Shown here: positions 37,101 through 41,009 of the stretch, piece by piece
Layout: the number at the start of each line of letters is the position of its first letter
Numbering within the stretch: the stretch's first letter is position 1
Assembly (NCBI GenBank): GCA_030390025.1
Contig: JASTWF010000330.1
Span: 496,001-537,009 of the forward strand
DNA: 41,009 nt
Origin: Squalus acanthias
Lineage: Eukaryota
Reading direction: 5' to 3'
Program-made: the position numbers and the translations under genes
The notes under the pieces: model-generated
What the model was told of the DNA's origin: nothing
Database searches by the model: none
Seen by the model: the letters and a program-made list of their open reading frames with translations, nothing else

Positions 37101-40100
37101 AACTCTGTCTCTCCCCTCAGGAACCTTGTCCCACTCCCCTCAGGAACTGTGTCCCTCTCCCCTCAGGAACTGTGTCCCACTCCCCTCAGGAACTGTGTCC
37201 CACTCCCCTCAGGAACTGTGTCCCACTCCCCTCAGGAACTGTGTCCCACTCCCCTCAGGAACTGTGTCCCACTCCCCTCAGGAACTGTGTCCCACTCCCC
37301 TCAGGAACTGTGTCCCACTCCCTCAGGAACTGTGTCCCACTCCCCTCAGGAACTGTGTCCACTCCCCTCAGGAACTGTGTCCACTCCCCTCAGGAACTGT
37401 GTCCCACTCCCCTCAGGAACTGTGTCCCACTCCCCTCAGGAACTGTGTCCACTCCCCTCAGGAACTGTGTCCCTCTCCCTCAGGAACTGTGTCCACTCCC
37501 CTCAGGAACTGTGTCCCACTCCCCTCAGGAACTGTGTCCCACTCCCCTCAGGAACTGTGTCCACTCCCCTCAGGAACTGTGTCCCACTCCCCTCAGGAAC
37601 TGTGTCCCTCTCCCCTCAGGAACTGTGTCCCTCTCCCCTCAGGAACTGTGTCCCACTCCCTCACGAACTGTCCCACTCTCCCCTCAGGAACTGTGTCCAC
37701 TCCCTCAAGGAACTGCTGTCCCTCTCCCTCAGGAACTGTGTCCCACTCCCTCAGGAACTGTGTCCACCTCCTCCCTCAGGAACTGTGTCCCACTCCATCA
37801 GGAACTGTGTCCCACTCCCCTCAGGAACCTGTGTCCACTCCCCTCAGGAACTGTGTCCACTCCCCTCAGGAACTGTGTCCACTCCCCTCAGGAACTGTGT
37901 CCACTCCCCTCAGGAACTGTGTCCCACTCCCCTCAGGAACTGTGTCCGACTCCCCTCAGGAACTGTGTCCCACTCCCCTCAGGAACTGTGTCCTCTCCCT
38001 CAGGAAACTGTGTCCACTCCCCCTCAGGAACTGTGTCCACTCCCCTCAGGAACTGTGTCCCATCCCCTCAGGAACTGTGTCCACTCCCCTCAGGAACTGT
38101 GTCCCACTCCCTAGGAACTTGTCCCTCTCCCCTCAGGAACTGTGTCCCACTCCCCTCAGGAACTGTGTCCACTCCCCTCAGGAACTGTGTCCACTCCCCT
38201 CAGGAACTGTGTCCCACTCCCTCAGGAACTGTGTCCACTCCCCTCAGGAACTGTGTCCCACTCCCCTCAGGAACCTGTGTCCACTCCCCTCAGGAACTGT
38301 GTCCCTCTCCCCTCAGGAACTGTGTCCACTCCCCTCAGGAACTGTGTCCCACTCCCCTCAGGAACTGTGTCCCACTCCCCTCAGGAACTGTGTCCCTCTC
38401 CCCCTCAGGAACTGTGTCCCACTCCCCTCAGGAACTGTGTCCCACTCCCCTCAGGAACTGTGTCCACTCCCCTCAGGAACTGTGTCCCACTCCCCTCAGG
38501 AACTGTGTCCACTCCCCTCAGGAACTGTGTCCCACTCCCCTCAGGAACTGTGTCCCACTCCCCTCAGGAACTGTGTCCCACTCCCCTCAGGAACGTGTCC
38601 CACTCCCCTCAGGAACTGAGTCCACCTCCCTCAGGAACTGTGGTCCACTCCCCTCAGGAACTGTGTCCCTCTCCCCTCAGGAACTGTTTCCCACTCCCCT
38701 CAGGAACTGTGTCCGACTCCCCTCAGGAACTGTGTCCCACTCCCCTCAGGAACTGTGTCCCTCTCCCCTCAGGAACTGTGTCCCACTCCCCTCAGGAACT
38801 GTGTCCACTCCCCTCAGGAACTGTGTCCCACTCCCCTCAGGAACTGTGTCCCACTCCCCTCAGGAACTGTGTCCCACTCCCCTCAGGACTGTGTCCCACT
38901 CCCCTCAGGAACTGTGTCCCACTCCCCTCAGGAACTGTGTCCACTCCCCTCAGGAACTGTGTCCCACTCCCTCAGGAACTGTGTCCCACTCCCCTCAGGA
39001 ACTGTGGTCCACTCCCCTCAGGAACTGTGTCCCACTCCCCTCAGGAACTGTGTCCTCAGATACTGTGTCCCCTCAGGAACTGTGTCCCACTCCCCTCAGG
39101 AACTGTGTCCCACTCCCCTCAGGAACTGTGTCCCACTCCCCTCAGGAACTGTGTCCCTCTCCCCTCAGGAACTGTGTCCCACTCCCCTCAGGAACTGTGT
39201 CCCACTCCCCTCAGGAACTGTGTCCCACTCCCCTCAGGAACTGTGTCCACTCCCCTCAGGAACTGTGTCCCACTCCCCTCAGGAACTGTGTCCCTCTCCC
39301 TCAGGAACTGTGTTCCCCACTCCCCTCAGGAACTGTGTCCACTCCCTCAGGAACTGTGTCCCACTCCCCTCAGGAACTGTGTCCCACTCCCCTCAGGAAC
39401 TGTGTCCACTCCCCTCAGAACTGTGTCCCGACTCCCTCAGAACTGTGTCCCACTCCCCTCAGGAACTGTGTCCCTCTCCCCTCAGGAACTGTGTCCACTC
39501 CCTCAGGAACTGTGTCCACTCCCCTCAGGAACTGGTCCCACTCCCCTCAGGAACTGTGTCCACTCCCTCAGGAACTGTGTCCCACTCCCCTCGAGGAACT
39601 GTGTCCCACTCCCCTCAGAGAACTGAGTCCCACTCCCTCAGAACTGTGTCCCACTCCCCGCAGGAACTGTGTCCCACTCCCCTCAGGAACCTGTGTCCCA
39701 CTCCCTCAGGAACTGTGTCCACTCCCCTCAGGAACTGTGTCCACTCCCCTCAGGAACTGTGTCCACTCCACCTCAGGACTGTGTCCCACTCCCCTCAGGG
39801 AACTGTTTCCCACTCCCCTCAGGAACTGTGTCCACTCCCCTCAGAACTGTGTCCCACTCACCTCAGGAAATGTGTCCCACTCCCCTCAGGAACTGTTTCC
39901 ACTCCCCACAGGAACTGTGTCCCACTCCCCTCAGGAACTGTGTCCCACTCCCCAAAGGAACTGTGTCCCACTCCCCACAGGAACTGTGTCCCACTCCCCT
40001 CAGGAACGGTGTCCCACTCCCCTCAGGAACTGTGTCCACTCCCCTCAGGAACTGTGTCCCTCTCCCCTCAGGAACTGTGTCCACTCCCCTCAGGAACTGC

Positions 40101-41009
40101 GTCCCACTCCCCTCAGGAACGTGTCCCACTCCCCGCAGGAACTGTGTCCACTCCCCTCAGGAACTGTGTCCCACTCCCCTCAGGAACTGTATCCCTCTCC
40201 CCTCAGGAACTGTGTCCACTCCTCTCCGGAACTGTGTCCACTCCCCTCAGGAACTGTGTCCCACTCCCCTCAGGAACTGTGTCCCACTCCCCTCAGGAAC
40301 TGTGTCCCTCTCCCCTCAGGAACTGTGTCCCACTCCCTCAGGAACTGTGTCCCACTCCCCTCAGGAACTGTGTCCCTCTCCCCTCCGGAACTGTGTCCAC
40401 TCCCCTCAGGAACTGTGTCACACTCCCCTCAGGAACTGTGTCCCACTCCCCTCAGGAACTGTGTCCACTCCCCTAAGGAACTGTGTCCCACTCCCCTCAG
40501 GAACTGTGTCCCACTCCCCACAGAAACTGTACCCTCTCCCCTCAGGAACTGTGTCCACTCCCCTCAAGAACTGTGTCCACTCCCCTCAGGAACTGTGTCC
40601 CACTCCCCTCAGGAACTGTGTCCACTCCCCTCAGGAACTGTGTCCACTCCCCTCAGGAACTGTGTCCACTCCCCTCAGGAACTGTGTCCACTCCCCTCAG
40701 GAACTGTGTCCACTCCCCTCAGGAACTGTGTCCACTCCCCTCAGGAACCTGTGTCCACTCCCCTCAGGAACTGTGTCCCTCTCCCCTCAGGAACTGTGTC
40801 CACTCCCCTCAGGAACTGTGTCCCTCTCCCGCAGGAACTGTGTCCCTCTCCCCTCAGGAACTGTGTCCCTCTCCCCTCAGGAACTGTGTCCCACTCCCCT
40901 CAGGAACTGTGTCCCACTCCCCTCAGGAACTGTGTCCCACTCCCCTCAGGAACTGTGTCCCACTCCCCTCAGGAACTGTGTCCCACTCCCCTCAGGAACT
41001 GTGTCCCTC
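10115..41009 (+). repeat. Satellite satB, 23-bp unit CCCACTCCCCTCAGGAACTGTGT with frequent 22-bp variant; ~31 kb, roughly 1,350 units, runs off the right edge
   Basis: Uninterrupted tandem repeat read directly from the sequence; no unique sequence or cassette copy was seen inside it. Copy number is estimated as length divided by ~22.7. Confidence 0.99.

Noticed and set aside
10031..40476. Giant + strand ORFs (up to 3662 aa) of PLRNCVPLPSGTVSHSPQELCPT repeats
   Set aside because: The 23-bp unit has no stop in any + frame, so all three frames are open and give the same cycling peptide. The 22/23-bp length variants shift frame freely. There is no sign of coding constraint.
10138..41009. Immunoglobulin switch region or RSS array (AACT/AGTT AID-hotspot motif and CACAGTT heptamer-like motif in each unit)
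   Set aside because: Such short motifs are expected by chance. There is no nonamer at 12/23 spacing, no AGCT-rich pattern, and no Ig exons in the window.
1..41009. Assigning an organism or gene name (the intronic minisatellite style is reminiscent of some fish, including cartilaginous fish, assemblies)
   Set aside because: This is an impression only; there is no diagnostic sequence and I do not recognise the peptide.

Overview
Eukaryotic-looking, almost entirely repetitive window with two zones. Zone 1 (1-~10,110) holds eleven copies of a conserved ~280-bp cassette separated by variable-length blocks of a 23-bp minisatellite (satA, CCCACTCCCCTCAG-TCTCCTCAT). On the minus strand each cassette contains a 96-nt segment bounded by a polypyrimidine tract + CAG acceptor and a GT donor. 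Spliced in phase 1, each segment encodes a 32-aa Ser/Thr/Glu/Pro-rich unit (e.g. DPETLTAQEPEEQSTRESTDRSSSIPVGSAVS). This is most simply a tandem array of symmetric exons encoding a mucin-like/low-complexity repeat region (352 aa in the window) of an unidentified gene that runs off both ends. Zone 2 (~10,115-41,009) is a ~31-kb array of a related 22/23-bp satellite (satB, CCCACTCCCCTCAG-GAACTGTGT) with higher-order structure, probably intronic. The two satellites share a 14-bp core, and the cassette boundaries look like satB/satA hybrids, suggesting the exon was amplified by recombination between its two flanking satellites. The very long + strand ORFs are by-products of a stop-free repeat. The last ~5.5 kb looks like error-rich long-read consensus. 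The gene and organism cannot be identified from the sequence alone, and splicing is predicted, not demonstrated.
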